From Deltaproteobacteria bacterium (GTDB lineage Bacteria; Myxococcota; Kuafuiibacteriia; Kuafuiibacteriales; Kuafuiibacteriaceae), in NCBI GenBank assembly GCA_011526105.1, contig WYAZ01000107.1, positions 12,865-76,864 on the forward strand: a stretch of DNA of 64,000 bases, in the 5' to 3' direction. The notes under the pieces are model-generated. The model ran no database searches and was not told the DNA's origin. It was given only the letters and a program-made list of their open reading frames with translations. Shown here piece by piece: positions 35,378-43,240 of the stretch. The translations under genes and the position numbers were made by a program. How positions within the stretch are numbered: the stretch's first letter is position 1; the number at the start of each line of letters is the position of its first letter.

Positions 35378-36667
35378 ATGGTCGCTGCAATCGTTCACAA
35401 CCCTCTCATTCACGCTCGCCCCGCAAACAACAGTGTTGGCACTCAGGTCAACGACATCCTCGGCAAGTACGGCCTGCCCGGCGGCTTGCTCGGCGCACAG
35501 ATCGACGCGCTCATGGGCAATCAGCTCGGCGCGCTCAACAACCTCAAGGACGCTTTCCAAGAGGCGGCCCTCGGTCGCGGCACCACTGGTCTCGAGCGCA
35601 TGCTCGGTCGACCGCTCCCTCCCTCTGGTTTTGTGCCGAGCCCTGCGCAGCAGTTGGCCAATCACCTCGCGCCGAACGGCTACGCGACGGTGCGGCACCA
35701 GATGGATCTCGCCCCCGGCCACAGCGACTCGCCGCTCGCTCGCTTGTTCGACCCGGCTCGACGCAACGCCGCGCAGTTCGAGGCCGCGCTCAACAAGAGC
35801 CCGTTCCTGAAGGCCGCCTTCGAGCGGGCCATCGGCGGCAAGGTGATCGCGGATGATCGGACCGACGGAAAGCTCACCATCGAGCGCAAGATTCCTCGGC
35901 CCCGCATGCCGGCCCTCCCTGGTCTGCAGCTCGGTCAGACCGCCGCTGGTTTGCTCGGTGCCATGGACCACGCGATTCAATCGCAGCTCGGCGGTATCGC
36001 CGGCGCGGGTCAGGCCGCTGGTTCCTTTGGACTCGGCGCGCTGCAGTCGCTGCTCGGCGGTCTCGGCGGCGGGCTGAACAGCCTCCCCGGTGTGGGTGGC
36101 GGTTCATGGAACCCGAACGCTCGGCCTGGGCTCATCAACAACAACGGACGCGCGGAGGAGAACAAGCATCAGGCCGAGATCGACTCGCTGATGAAGGATC
36201 CATCCCTCTCGGTCGAGGATAAGATCACGCTGATGCTCATGCTCATCATGAAGAAGATGGACAAGGACATCGAAGCGCAAGGTCAGCACATCAACCAGGT
36301 TCAGCAGCAGCAGAACAAGCAGGGCGCGAACGGCCAGGCGGCCGGCGCCTCGAACGGCGGCGGGGGAATCCTCGGCTCCATCGGTGGCTTGCTCGGTGGT
36401 GCCGCGGGCACCGCGCTCGGCGGCCCGATCGGCGGGATGCTCGGCGGTCAGCTCGGTGGCGCGCTCGGCGGTGCGGCCAATAACGCGGCTGGTGGAGCGG
36501 CGGGCGGCGCCCAGGGCGGCGAGAGCAGCTCGCCCTCCATCGACATCGAGACCACGAAGCTGAAGCGCATGATGGATAAGCGCTCGCAGATGTTCGACAT
36601 GCTCCGGCAGATCATCGACAAGTACAACGAGACCGCCAAGGGCATGATTCAGAGCATCGGCCGATAA
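35378..36667 (+). CDS. Cys-free, glycine-zipper-rich harpin-like protein (hypothetical, probably secreted)
   Basis: 429 aa with an AAGGAG RBS. No Cys and no Sec signal. Two (GGxx)n tracts: LLGGLGGGLNSLPGVGGG and GGLLGGAAGTALGGPIGGMLGGQLGGALGG. Two amphipathic helices: SVEDKITLMLMLIMKKMDKDIEAQ and TKLKRMMDKRSQMFDMLRQIIDKYNETAKGMIQSIGR. Confidence 0.75.
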   Translation: MVAAIVHNPLIHARPANNSVGTQVNDILGKYGLPGGLLGAQIDALMGNQLGALNNLKDAFQEAALGRGTTGLERMLGRPLPPSGFVPSPAQQLANHLAPNGYATVRHQMDLAPGHSDSPLARLFDPARRNAAQFEAALNKSPFLKAAFERAIGGKVIADDRTDGKLTIERKIPRPRMPALPGLQLGQTAAGLLGAMDHAIQSQLGGIAGAGQAAGSFGLGALQSLLGGLGGGLNSLPGVGGGSWNPNARPGLINNNGRAEENKHQAEIDSLMKDPSLSVEDKITLMLMLIMKKMDKDIEAQGQHINQVQQQQNKQGANGQAAGASNGGGGILGSIGGLLGGAAGTALGGPIGGMLGGQLGGALGGAANNAAGGAAGGAQGGESSSPSIDIETTKLKRMMDKRSQMFDMLRQIIDKYNETAKGMIQSIGR

Positions 36668-36701
36668 GTTCGGAGGCTCGAGAAGTTTCGGAAGGGGAGG
36701 G

Positions 36702-36742
36702 GGCCCCGGTCATCGAGAGGTGACCGGGGCCTTCGCTTTCTT
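36702..36742 (+). terminator. rho-independent-type terminator
   Basis: Perfect 11-bp stem GGCCCCGGTCA / TGACCGGGGCC with an 8-nt loop, followed by TTCGCTTTCTT. It starts 35 nt after the stop codon. Confidence 0.6.
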
Positions 36743-36770
36743 GGGGCATGTATGGAGGAGCGGGAGTTGA

Positions 36771-36912
36771 ATCGGAGGCGGAGAGACGTCGCAGGCCCCG
36801 GTGGCACCGCTCTCGGGGAACGGCCTTTTGCCTCCGCCTTTCGCCCTCCTGGCTCGGCGGGTCCCCTCTCGCGGTGCCGCCGGGGCCCGCGACGTCGCGT
36901 GCGGCTCTGCGT
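36771..36912 (+). repeat. long-hairpin repeat, copy A
   Basis: Outer stem GACGTCGCAGGCCCCGGTGGCACCGC / GCGGTGCCGCCGGGGCCCGCGACGTC (36785-36896). Inner helix GGGGAACGGCC / GGCGGGTCCCC. Pyrimidine-rich apical loop. Near-identical to copy B. Confidence 0.9.
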
Positions 36913-36996
36913 GTCACTGACCGACCGACGTTTGGGGTGACTCGATTGAGTTCGGCGGTCTCCACGCGGAAGCGTGAGACCAGAACGCTTTCCTGT

Positions 36997-37530
36997 TCAG
37001 TTCGGAAACAGACGCAGGATGCGGTCGCGGTTGTCTGAGAGCACCTCTTGGAACACTTCAGGCACGTTCGCACGTTCGAAAGCTCGAGCGACGGTTTCTC
37101 GCGGCAGCCGTTCGTGGGTGATCAGGTGGCGGATATCTGCGAGATCACCATCATCCGCGCGGCATGCCTTGCTCAGGATCATGTCCAGCGGGCCCAGCAC
37201 TTCGAGCTGAAGGCGATCGAGCACGAGAGCGAGACGTCGGCACGAGGAACGCCACTCAGGGGTGAGGATCTGTTGTTCGGGGCCCCAGATGTGGCTGAGG
37301 TACAGACCCTCGGGTGCGAGCTCTGCGTTGGTACGTTCTAGGGCGGCGCCCAGGTTCGCCTCCTCGATCAAGGCTTCGATCTCTCGATCGTCTGCCAGTA
37401 GGTCTACATCTTCGGTGGCCCGTGAGAGGCCGTAGCCGAGGATCATCGCGGCTCCCCCCATGAGTCGGATGCGCGCGGGCCCCTCGAGGTGACGATCGAG
37501 CGTCCGGATGATCTTCTCGGCCGCGCTCAT
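36997..37530 (-). CDS. small Pol-beta-fold nucleotidyltransferase (AbiEii / DUF6036-like)
   Basis: 177 aa from an internal ATG of a longer ORF. NTase signature LMGGAAMILGYGLSRATEDVDLL (GG-x14-DVD). Downstream LDMILSKACRADDGDLADI. ATGA overlap with the upstream gene. Confidence 0.6.
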   Translation of the reverse strand: MSAAEKIIRTLDRHLEGPARIRLMGGAAMILGYGLSRATEDVDLLADDREIEALIEEANLGAALERTNAELAPEGLYLSHIWGPEQQILTPEWRSSCRRLALVLDRLQLEVLGPLDMILSKACRADDGDLADIRHLITHERLPRETVARAFERANVPEVFQEVLSDNRDRILRLFPN

Positions 37531-38027
37531 CCGACGCGCGCTTTCACTCGCAGTAGCCTCTTTGGATCGTAACGCACCGTCGGTCGTCGGGTGTCGCGCA
37601 CGGGGTGCGCGTCGACCACCATCTGAATCGCCTGAACGGCCTCGTTCTGCTCCTGTTCGGGAATGAGGCCAAGGACCCACGCGAGCACCGAGTCTGCCTT
37701 CTCTCTGCGCGCGCCCAGCCAAAGCCGGGCGGGATCGAGACGACCCGATTGAAGCATTCGAACGATGAGTTTCACGACCCGAACCTCGGCCGGCGCCTGG
37801 GGCTGGAGGAGACCGACGACGATATCCTCGAGCGAGAGCGCAGGGTCCAACTCGCCGAGGTCGGAGCGATCCGAGTAGGCCCCGCGAAAGCCGCGCAGAT
37901 TCGCTTGGTCGATGAGGTACTCCTGTGGGCCCATGCTTCCGGCTCGTCGTGCAAGCGCGTCTCGGAAGAAGGAGCGGTGGCACGGCACGCCAAGTTTCTC
38001 TGCGTAGGTGGGCTCCACGAGGCTCAT
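37527..38027 (-). CDS. hypothetical protein, putative partner/antitoxin of the nucleotidyltransferase
   Basis: 166 aa from MSLVEPTYAEKLG. High GC3. Translationally coupled to the NTase gene. No family motif recognised. Confidence 0.5.
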   Translation of the reverse strand: MSLVEPTYAEKLGVPCHRSFFRDALARRAGSMGPQEYLIDQANLRGFRGAYSDRSDLGELDPALSLEDIVVGLLQPQAPAEVRVVKLIVRMLQSGRLDPARLWLGARREKADSVLAWVLGLIPEQEQNEAVQAIQMVVDAHPVRDTRRPTVRYDPKRLLRVKARVG

Positions 38028-38127
38028 CCTAGCATGGCGAAGCTGTTCCTCGCGACGACGCAGGAACGTCGATCGAGGCCATCGAGCGTCGCGCTCGCGG
38101 CGCCCCTCGGCGCGGAGGGGAGGTTGC

Positions 38128-38271
38128 ATCGGAGGGCGGAGAGACGTCGCTGGGCCCCGGTGGCACCGCTCTCGGGGAACGTCCTTTTGCCTCCGCCTTT
38201 CGCCCTCCTGGCTCGGCGGGTCCCCTCTCGCGGTGCCACCGGGGCCCGCGACGTCGCGTGCGGCTCTGCGT
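38128..38271 (+). repeat. long-hairpin repeat, copy B
   Basis: Same element as copy A with a few substitutions and a 1-nt bulge in the outer stem (hairpin 38143-38255). Confidence 0.9.
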
Positions 38272-38288
38272 CTCGGTTGACGTGTCGA

Positions 38289-38795
38289 GTGGGTGGCCGT
38301 AGCACTTCGCTCGTGGCGCTTTCGATCGACGTGAAGCTCGATAAGGATGCGGATGTTGCGTGGCCGGATCGTTGTGTCGTTTGCGATCGACCTGCGCCCA
38401 ATCATGCCGCGCGCTTCTCGGACCGAAGCACCAGTCTGTGGACGACGATCACCATGCAGTTCGCGAAGAAGGTCCACGTCTCAGCGCCGGCCTGTCCGGG
38501 CTGTGCGGTGCGACTCGAACGCCGGCATCGCCTCGAGAAGGTCGGGATGGTTTCTACCGTGCTCGGCGGAACGTGGCTCGGTCTTGCGTTCGTGGCGCCC
38601 CTGTTTCCCGCATGGGGCAAGGTCTGGGTCGCGGGCGCGTGCGGGCTGGCGGCCTATGTGCCACTGGTCGGGCTCCAGGTCTTCTGGGCGCCCCCGTTCT
38701 CCATCACCGCTTGGGGCCGCGAGATCGCCTACGAGTTTACGAATGAAGGGTACGCGAGGGAGTTTGCCGAGTTGAACCGTTCGGAAGCGAGCTGA
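38289..38795 (+). CDS. small membrane protein with CxxC...CxxC zinc-ribbon-like N-terminus
   Basis: In-frame GTG (38289) or TTG (38277) just after repeat B. CVVCDR...CPGC, then two hydrophobic segments (MVSTVLGGTWLGLAFVAPLF, VWVAGACGLAAYVPLVGLQVFW). The start is uncertain. Confidence 0.45.
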   Translation: MGGRSTSLVALSIDVKLDKDADVAWPDRCVVCDRPAPNHAARFSDRSTSLWTTITMQFAKKVHVSAPACPGCAVRLERRHRLEKVGMVSTVLGGTWLGLAFVAPLFPAWGKVWVAGACGLAAYVPLVGLQVFWAPPFSITAWGREIAYEFTNEGYAREFAELNRSEAS

Positions 38796-38825
38796 GCCGA
38801 GCGCCAAGCGTTATACTTCGGCCCG

Positions 38826-40181
38826 ATGTCCGGCTCGCGTCCCATCACCGGCGGTTCGAACGCGAGCTCGATCGGCACCCACGTCACGGGCGCGAACACG
38901 CCCGCTCCGCTCGAATCGGCGACCGGATCGAACGCCTCGGGGCCAACCGGCTCACTGTTTCCGGCGAGCGCGGGCGACGAGGTCTCCAAGCGAGACCTCA
39001 CGATCTTCACCGCGATGCTCTCCGGACAGATCGCGGTGAAGGACGGGATGAGGTCCATCGCGCTTTCTGGCGGTTGGCCGATTCGCACCGCGAACGGCTA
39101 CTTGTTCGCGCGTCCGGGTGAAGGCGAAGAAGAGCTCAGCCTCATCGGTGATCACAACGGATGGCAGGCCGCACCCATGGAGAAGAAGGGCGACTTGTTC
39201 TGGACGCACGCCCCGGTGCTGAGCCCAGAGGGCACGCTTCGATACAAGTTCAGCGCCGGACCCGGGCGAGACTTCGCCGACCCGTGGGCGCGTCGATATC
39301 TCTACGAGGGCGACCTTGAGCAGGGTGATCGCGAGATCTCCTTCATTCGCACCCACCAGCCGCACCTCGAGCGATGGCCGCTGGTCTCCGACGGAAGCTT
39401 CGATCCGCGGACGATCCAAGTCTGGGTGCCCAAGGGTCCCATCGAACGCATCCTCTATGTGCACGACGGCCAGAACCAGTTCAGACCGCGGGCGACGCCG
39501 TTTGGTGCTTGGTCGACCGACAAGGCGGTGGGCCCGAGAACGATGGTGGTGGGAATCGAGGCCAACCTTGACCCGCTCAAACGCGCCCTCGAATACACGG
39601 ATACGAAGAACTGGCTGTACACCAGGAGCACCGGTTGGCAGGAGGCCGGCGGCGACGGGGAGAAGTACGCTGCGTTTTGTCACAACACGGTCGTCGACTT
39701 CATCGAGTCCCGCTACGCCAACCCGAAGAAGCGCGGCATCATGGGCTCCTCACTCGGCGGCGTCGCCGCCTACCTTCAGTCGCGGCAAGACCCAAGCGCC
39801 TACGACTTCGTCGCTTGCCTCTCCTCCACCTTCGGATTCGGAGGTCTCGAAGTCGAGGGCCTCAAAGAGGGGACGAAGGACACTTCCGAGATTCGAAAAA
39901 GCACCTCCATCCCGCTCGTCGATCGGATGACCGAGCACCAGTTCGGTGAGCAGCGCCCGGTCTACTACTTCTACTCGGGCGGTCACCCGGGCGGCGCCGA
40001 CAACTACGACGCAACGCTGAAAGCCGCGCAGACCATCGCGGCCAAGCCTGGCTACGGCTGGGACACCAACGTCTTCCACGCCCACGCGCCGGGCGTGCCG
40101 CACGGCGAGGTCGGCTGGCGGGCCCTGCTGGCGCGAGAGCAGACGCAGAAGAACCCGATCCGGATCTTCGAGGCGCTCTAG
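38826..40181 (+). CDS. esterase-family alpha/beta hydrolase with N-terminal E-set/CBM48-like domain
   Basis: LSLIGDHNGWQAAPMEKKGDLFW (E-set-like). ILYVHDGQN and GIMGSSLGGVAA (GxSxG) are typical of the putative esterase / enterochelin-esterase-like family. The first ~70 codons may not be coding. Confidence 0.7.
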   Translation: MSGSRPITGGSNASSIGTHVTGANTPAPLESATGSNASGPTGSLFPASAGDEVSKRDLTIFTAMLSGQIAVKDGMRSIALSGGWPIRTANGYLFARPGEGEEELSLIGDHNGWQAAPMEKKGDLFWTHAPVLSPEGTLRYKFSAGPGRDFADPWARRYLYEGDLEQGDREISFIRTHQPHLERWPLVSDGSFDPRTIQVWVPKGPIERILYVHDGQNQFRPRATPFGAWSTDKAVGPRTMVVGIEANLDPLKRALEYTDTKNWLYTRSTGWQEAGGDGEKYAAFCHNTVVDFIESRYANPKKRGIMGSSLGGVAAYLQSRQDPSAYDFVACLSSTFGFGGLEVEGLKEGTKDTSEIRKSTSIPLVDRMTEHQFGEQRPVYYFYSGGHPGGADNYDATLKAAQTIAAKPGYGWDTNVFHAHAPGVPHGEVGWRALLAREQTQKNPIRIFEAL

Positions 40182-40198
40182 GCTCCGCATTCTGCGTC

Positions 40199-40340
40199 GC
40201 GAGCCCGCAGTGCAAAGCGACGGGACCCGGGACGACCGCACGCCTCGAGGGGACTCGCCGAGCCAGGATGGCGAGAGGCGGAGGCCGGAGGCCGTTCCCC
40301 GAGAGGGGTGCGGTCGTCCCGGGTTCCGTCGCGTTCGTCC
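40199..40340 (-). repeat. long-hairpin repeat, copy C (inverted orientation, diverged)
   Basis: Core GAGGGGACtCGCCGAGCCAGGAtGGCGAgAGGCGGAGGC...GGCCGTTCCCCGAGAG matches the reverse complement of A/B. The outer stem has a different sequence but is still self-complementary: GCGACGGGACCCGGGACGACCGCAC / GTGCGGTCGTCCCGGGTTCCGTCGC (40217-40332). Confidence 0.8.
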
Positions 40341-40358
40341 GTTCTCCGGTCCTCCTCC

Positions 40359-40378
40359 CTCTCTCTCTCTCTCTCTCT
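40359..40378. repeat. (CT)10 dinucleotide microsatellite within a ~45-nt polypyrimidine tract
   Basis: ctctctctctctctctctct read directly. It lies 68 nt upstream of the lipoprotein ATG at 40446. Confidence 0.95.
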
Positions 40379-40445
40379 CCACTCGCTCTCCCCAGGCCGG
40401 CCCCGCAAAAACCCGGCTTCCCAGGCCTTGCGTGGCCTGCTAGGA

Positions 40446-41081
40446 ATGCGCCCCATGCGACGAATTCTCCCCCTCCTCCTCACGCTCCCTCTCATGTTCG
40501 CAGTTGCCTGTGGCGACAGTGAAGGCGACGCCGATACCGGCGTCACCACCGACCTCGGTACGGCCTCCGACAGCGGCGTCCGTCCCGACGCAAACGTTCA
40601 GGCCGACACCGGCGTTCGTAATGACGCGGGCACGCCCGCCGACTCGGGCACGCCGTCGGACTCTGGCACGCCGACCGACTCTGGCACGCCCACTGACTCG
40701 GGCACACCCGCCGACTCGGGCACGCCGACCGACGCGGGCAACATCCCGGACGCGGGCACCAGCACCTCCGGTGCGTGCACGAACACCGCCGACGAGACCG
40801 CGATCGACACCACCGGCGAAGCGGCGCTCACCACGGCGACGCGAGACTGCATCGTGGGCTGCATCCTCGATCCGAACCGCGTGGATTGCACCGCTCAATG
40901 CATGACCGACAGCACGGGCATCTCGCTGCCTTGCACCACGTGCTTCGCAGATCGAGCGAACTGTGCGGTGGTGAACTGCTCGGCAGCTGGATGTCTCACC
41001 GATCCGAGCAGTCAGGGCTGCGCAGACTGTCAGATCCAGAACAACTGCGTGAGCAACTTCGAGACCTGCTCGGGTCTCTGA
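40446..41081 (+). CDS. lipoprotein with D(S/A)GTPx hexapeptide repeats and Cys-rich C-terminal domain
   Basis: MRPMRRILPLLLTLPLMFAVAC (lipobox). Tandem DSGTP(S/T/A) units. C-terminal domain with 12+ Cys (CIVGCILDPNRVDCTAQC...CADCQIQNNC). Confidence 0.75.
   Translation: MRPMRRILPLLLTLPLMFAVACGDSEGDADTGVTTDLGTASDSGVRPDANVQADTGVRNDAGTPADSGTPSDSGTPTDSGTPTDSGTPADSGTPTDAGNIPDAGTSTSGACTNTADETAIDTTGEAALTTATRDCIVGCILDPNRVDCTAQCMTDSTGISLPCTTCFADRANCAVVNCSAAGCLTDPSSQGCADCQIQNNCVSNFETCSGL
40623..40766 (+). repeat. 8 x 18-bp in-frame tandem repeat (6 tight + 2 degenerate)
   Basis: GAC(T/G)C(G/T)GGCAC(G/A)CC(N)(N)(N)(N) units encoding DAGTPA DSGTPS DSGTPT DSGTPT DSGTPA DSGTPT DAGNIP DAGTST. Confidence 0.9.
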
Positions 41082-41091
41082 ACGCGTTCAC

Positions 41092-41745
41092 TCAGAATCG
41101 GAACAAGAGATCCGTGAAGGGAGTCGTGTCCTCGTCATAGAGGACACGACTCTCGAGCAACCTCGCCGACACGAAGCTGAAGTGCGGCGAGAGCATCGCG
41201 TGATACTTCTCCCGGCTTCGGTGCCGCGCGTAGCGGTCTCGAAAGTCTTCCTCCTCCACCTGACGCCGTAGCTCCACATCCGTGGGAACGGTGAGGTAGA
41301 GGTACTTCACTCGCCTCGCCATGACCGGTACGACCTCCGACAGCGCGCGGTCGGGCACATACTGCAGCACCGAGGTGCAGAGCCCGAGGTCAAAAGGACG
41401 GGCGCGCTTTCGCTTGCCCTCGCGCCTGGCCCAGGTCTCGAGGTCTTCGTTCACGAGCTCGAGCTTCATGCCCTTCACCGGCGCGAGCTCTCGCTTGTCG
41501 GCCCGGCGGAACGCGTAGCGCGAGGGTTCGAGCCCGTAGGCCCGAGCAGGGAGAAAGGTCTCGAGCATCTGCGCGAAGAGGTGTCCGAGTCCGAAGCCGA
41601 AGTCGATGATGCTCTCGACGTGCATGTACTCGAGGTCGAAGCAGCTCTTCAGGTACGCCGCATGTTGGTCGGCGTTGACGATCCCGTCCATGGTCTCCGG
41701 TTCTCCGTAGTTGTCCCGCCAGTACTTCTCCTCGAAGGCCGCCAT
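41092..41745 (-). CDS. class I SAM-dependent methyltransferase
   Basis: 217 aa. Motif I IIDFGFGLGHL. Motif post-I/II region FDLGLCTSVLQYV. Confidence 0.7.
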   Translation of the reverse strand: MAAFEEKYWRDNYGEPETMDGIVNADQHAAYLKSCFDLEYMHVESIIDFGFGLGHLFAQMLETFLPARAYGLEPSRYAFRRADKRELAPVKGMKLELVNEDLETWARREGKRKRARPFDLGLCTSVLQYVPDRALSEVVPVMARRVKYLYLTVPTDVELRRQVEEEDFRDRYARHRSREKYHAMLSPHFSFVSARLLESRVLYDEDTTPFTDLLFRF

Positions 41746-41909
41746 CCGGCTTGATTACCGCCAATCGGGCCCTTCGCCCAGTCGGGCTTGACGCGGGGTC
41801 CGGTCTGGTTGGATCTAGGCGGCGCGTGGTCTTTGGACGCCGAAAGAGCGAGCTCGAGAACCGGCTCGCCCAGGAGCCCGAGTACCGGCCGGTGGTGCTC
41901 GCTCGGCTG

Positions 41910-43190
41910 ATGCATCCGACCCAGATCGCGGCGGCTTCGCGTTACCAGGTGGGCGATCTGATTCGTGTGCCACGGACCGGCGGGCACTTCTCGCTCGGTC
42001 TGGTGACCGAACGCAAAGACTCCGGCGAGCTCGTGGTGCAGGTCCACTCTCAAAAGAGCGGCAAGCCGAGCATCAAAGAGCTCGACGCGGTGGCGGTGGC
42101 CAAGGCCAACCCGCTCAAGATCGGGGACTTCTTCGAACTCGAAGGCGTGAGCTTTTGGATCACCGGCATCGACGACGAGGGCGAGTTTGTCGTCCTCACC
42201 GACACCGGCGAGCGCGTGGACCCCGCCGAGTTTCGGCAGAGACTCGAGGCCGCGATTGTAGCTTTGGACGCCGCGGACACCGTGCAGATGAGCGCTTCAG
42301 AGCTGAGAAAAGCCAGGGATGGGGCGAAGGAGCGCGCCCCGACCACACCGCTACCTTTGGCCCGCCCCATGGATGGCTCGCCCTACGTGCCCATCGAGTC
42401 GATCTTCGATGCGAGCAGCGCCACCGGCCTCATCGCGGGCAACAAGGAGACCGACACTGTGTATGGGCTCGTATCGCCCATGGCCGGCGCGGCGCTGCAT
42501 ACCGATCGCGGACACAACTACAAGAGCTGGAACGAGGACGGGGGCGCGCTCTTCGCGGACAGACGAGGCCGTCTCTACGTCGGCGTCTTCGATCAGGCGG
42601 GCGGAGAGGGCAGCGATGCCAATCACCTCGGGGCCGCCAGCGCGGTGGCCGCGCAGGCCTTGTTCGATCAAATGCGAGAGTCCGCGCGCGCGGACCACGG
42701 ACCGGAGGAGGCGCTCGAGGCGCTCGCGCAGGCCGCGCTCCGAGCCCACCGCGCGATCTTGGCCCGCGGTCATGGCGAGGTGAGCACCTTCGTGGCGGCC
42801 CGCATCGACGAGACCGATGCGCTCATCGTGAACGTGGGTGACTCCGGGGCGATGCACTTCGACGCGCAGGGCGTCTTGCTGGACCGAACCCAGCCCCAGG
42901 GGGTCGGACGAATCCTGCTCGAGGGTCTGGGGATGACCCGAGAGAACCGGGACCCCCAGCAAGAGTCGTATCGCTGGCTCATCGCGCCAGGTCACCACCT
43001 CGTGTTTGGCAGCGACGGCCTGCTCGACTCCAAGCTCGACCCAAAGGAGATCGGTCAGATGGTTCGTTCTGCCCCTTCGGCCGCGCAGGCGACCCGGATG
43101 CTGCGAGACGAGGTCCGAGAACGCATGCGTACCAAGACCGGCAAGCCTGACAACCTCACCGTCCTGGTGGTCCGCATCGGGGAAAAGTAG
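41910..43190 (+). CDS. PP2C-family Ser/Thr phosphatase with unknown N-terminal domain
   Basis: PP2C motifs NEDGGALF, VGVFDQAGGEG, VNVGDSGA, LVFGSDGL, NLTVLVV. The ORF is open from TTG 41751, but that would leave 5 bp to the divergent gene, so ATG 41910 is preferred. Confidence 0.75.
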   Translation: MHPTQIAAASRYQVGDLIRVPRTGGHFSLGLVTERKDSGELVVQVHSQKSGKPSIKELDAVAVAKANPLKIGDFFELEGVSFWITGIDDEGEFVVLTDTGERVDPAEFRQRLEAAIVALDAADTVQMSASELRKARDGAKERAPTTPLPLARPMDGSPYVPIESIFDASSATGLIAGNKETDTVYGLVSPMAGAALHTDRGHNYKSWNEDGGALFADRRGRLYVGVFDQAGGEGSDANHLGAASAVAAQALFDQMRESARADHGPEEALEALAQAALRAHRAILARGHGEVSTFVAARIDETDALIVNVGDSGAMHFDAQGVLLDRTQPQGVGRILLEGLGMTRENRDPQQESYRWLIAPGHHLVFGSDGLLDSKLDPKEIGQMVRSAPSAAQATRMLRDEVRERMRTKTGKPDNLTVLVVRIGEK

Positions 43191-43240
43191 CCCCTGAGGC
43201 TAGGTTGGCGAGGGGGGCCGTAGTAGCCTCATGAACGCCC

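Noticed and set aside
37527-38027. Interpreting the 166-aa partner as a HEPN toxin, which would make the pair an MNT-HEPN module.
   Set aside because: No Rx4-6H motif is found, and the gene order (NTase downstream) is opposite to the usual mntA-hepT arrangement.
36771-40340. The hairpin repeats as retron msr/msd or a CRISPR-like array.
   Set aside because: No reverse transcriptase or cas gene is in the window. The copies are 1.2-2 kb apart with genes between them, and one is inverted.
41082-41093. Palindrome TGAACGCGTTCA between convergent genes, as a terminator.
   Set aside because: The stem is only 6 bp with no loop and no U-tract.
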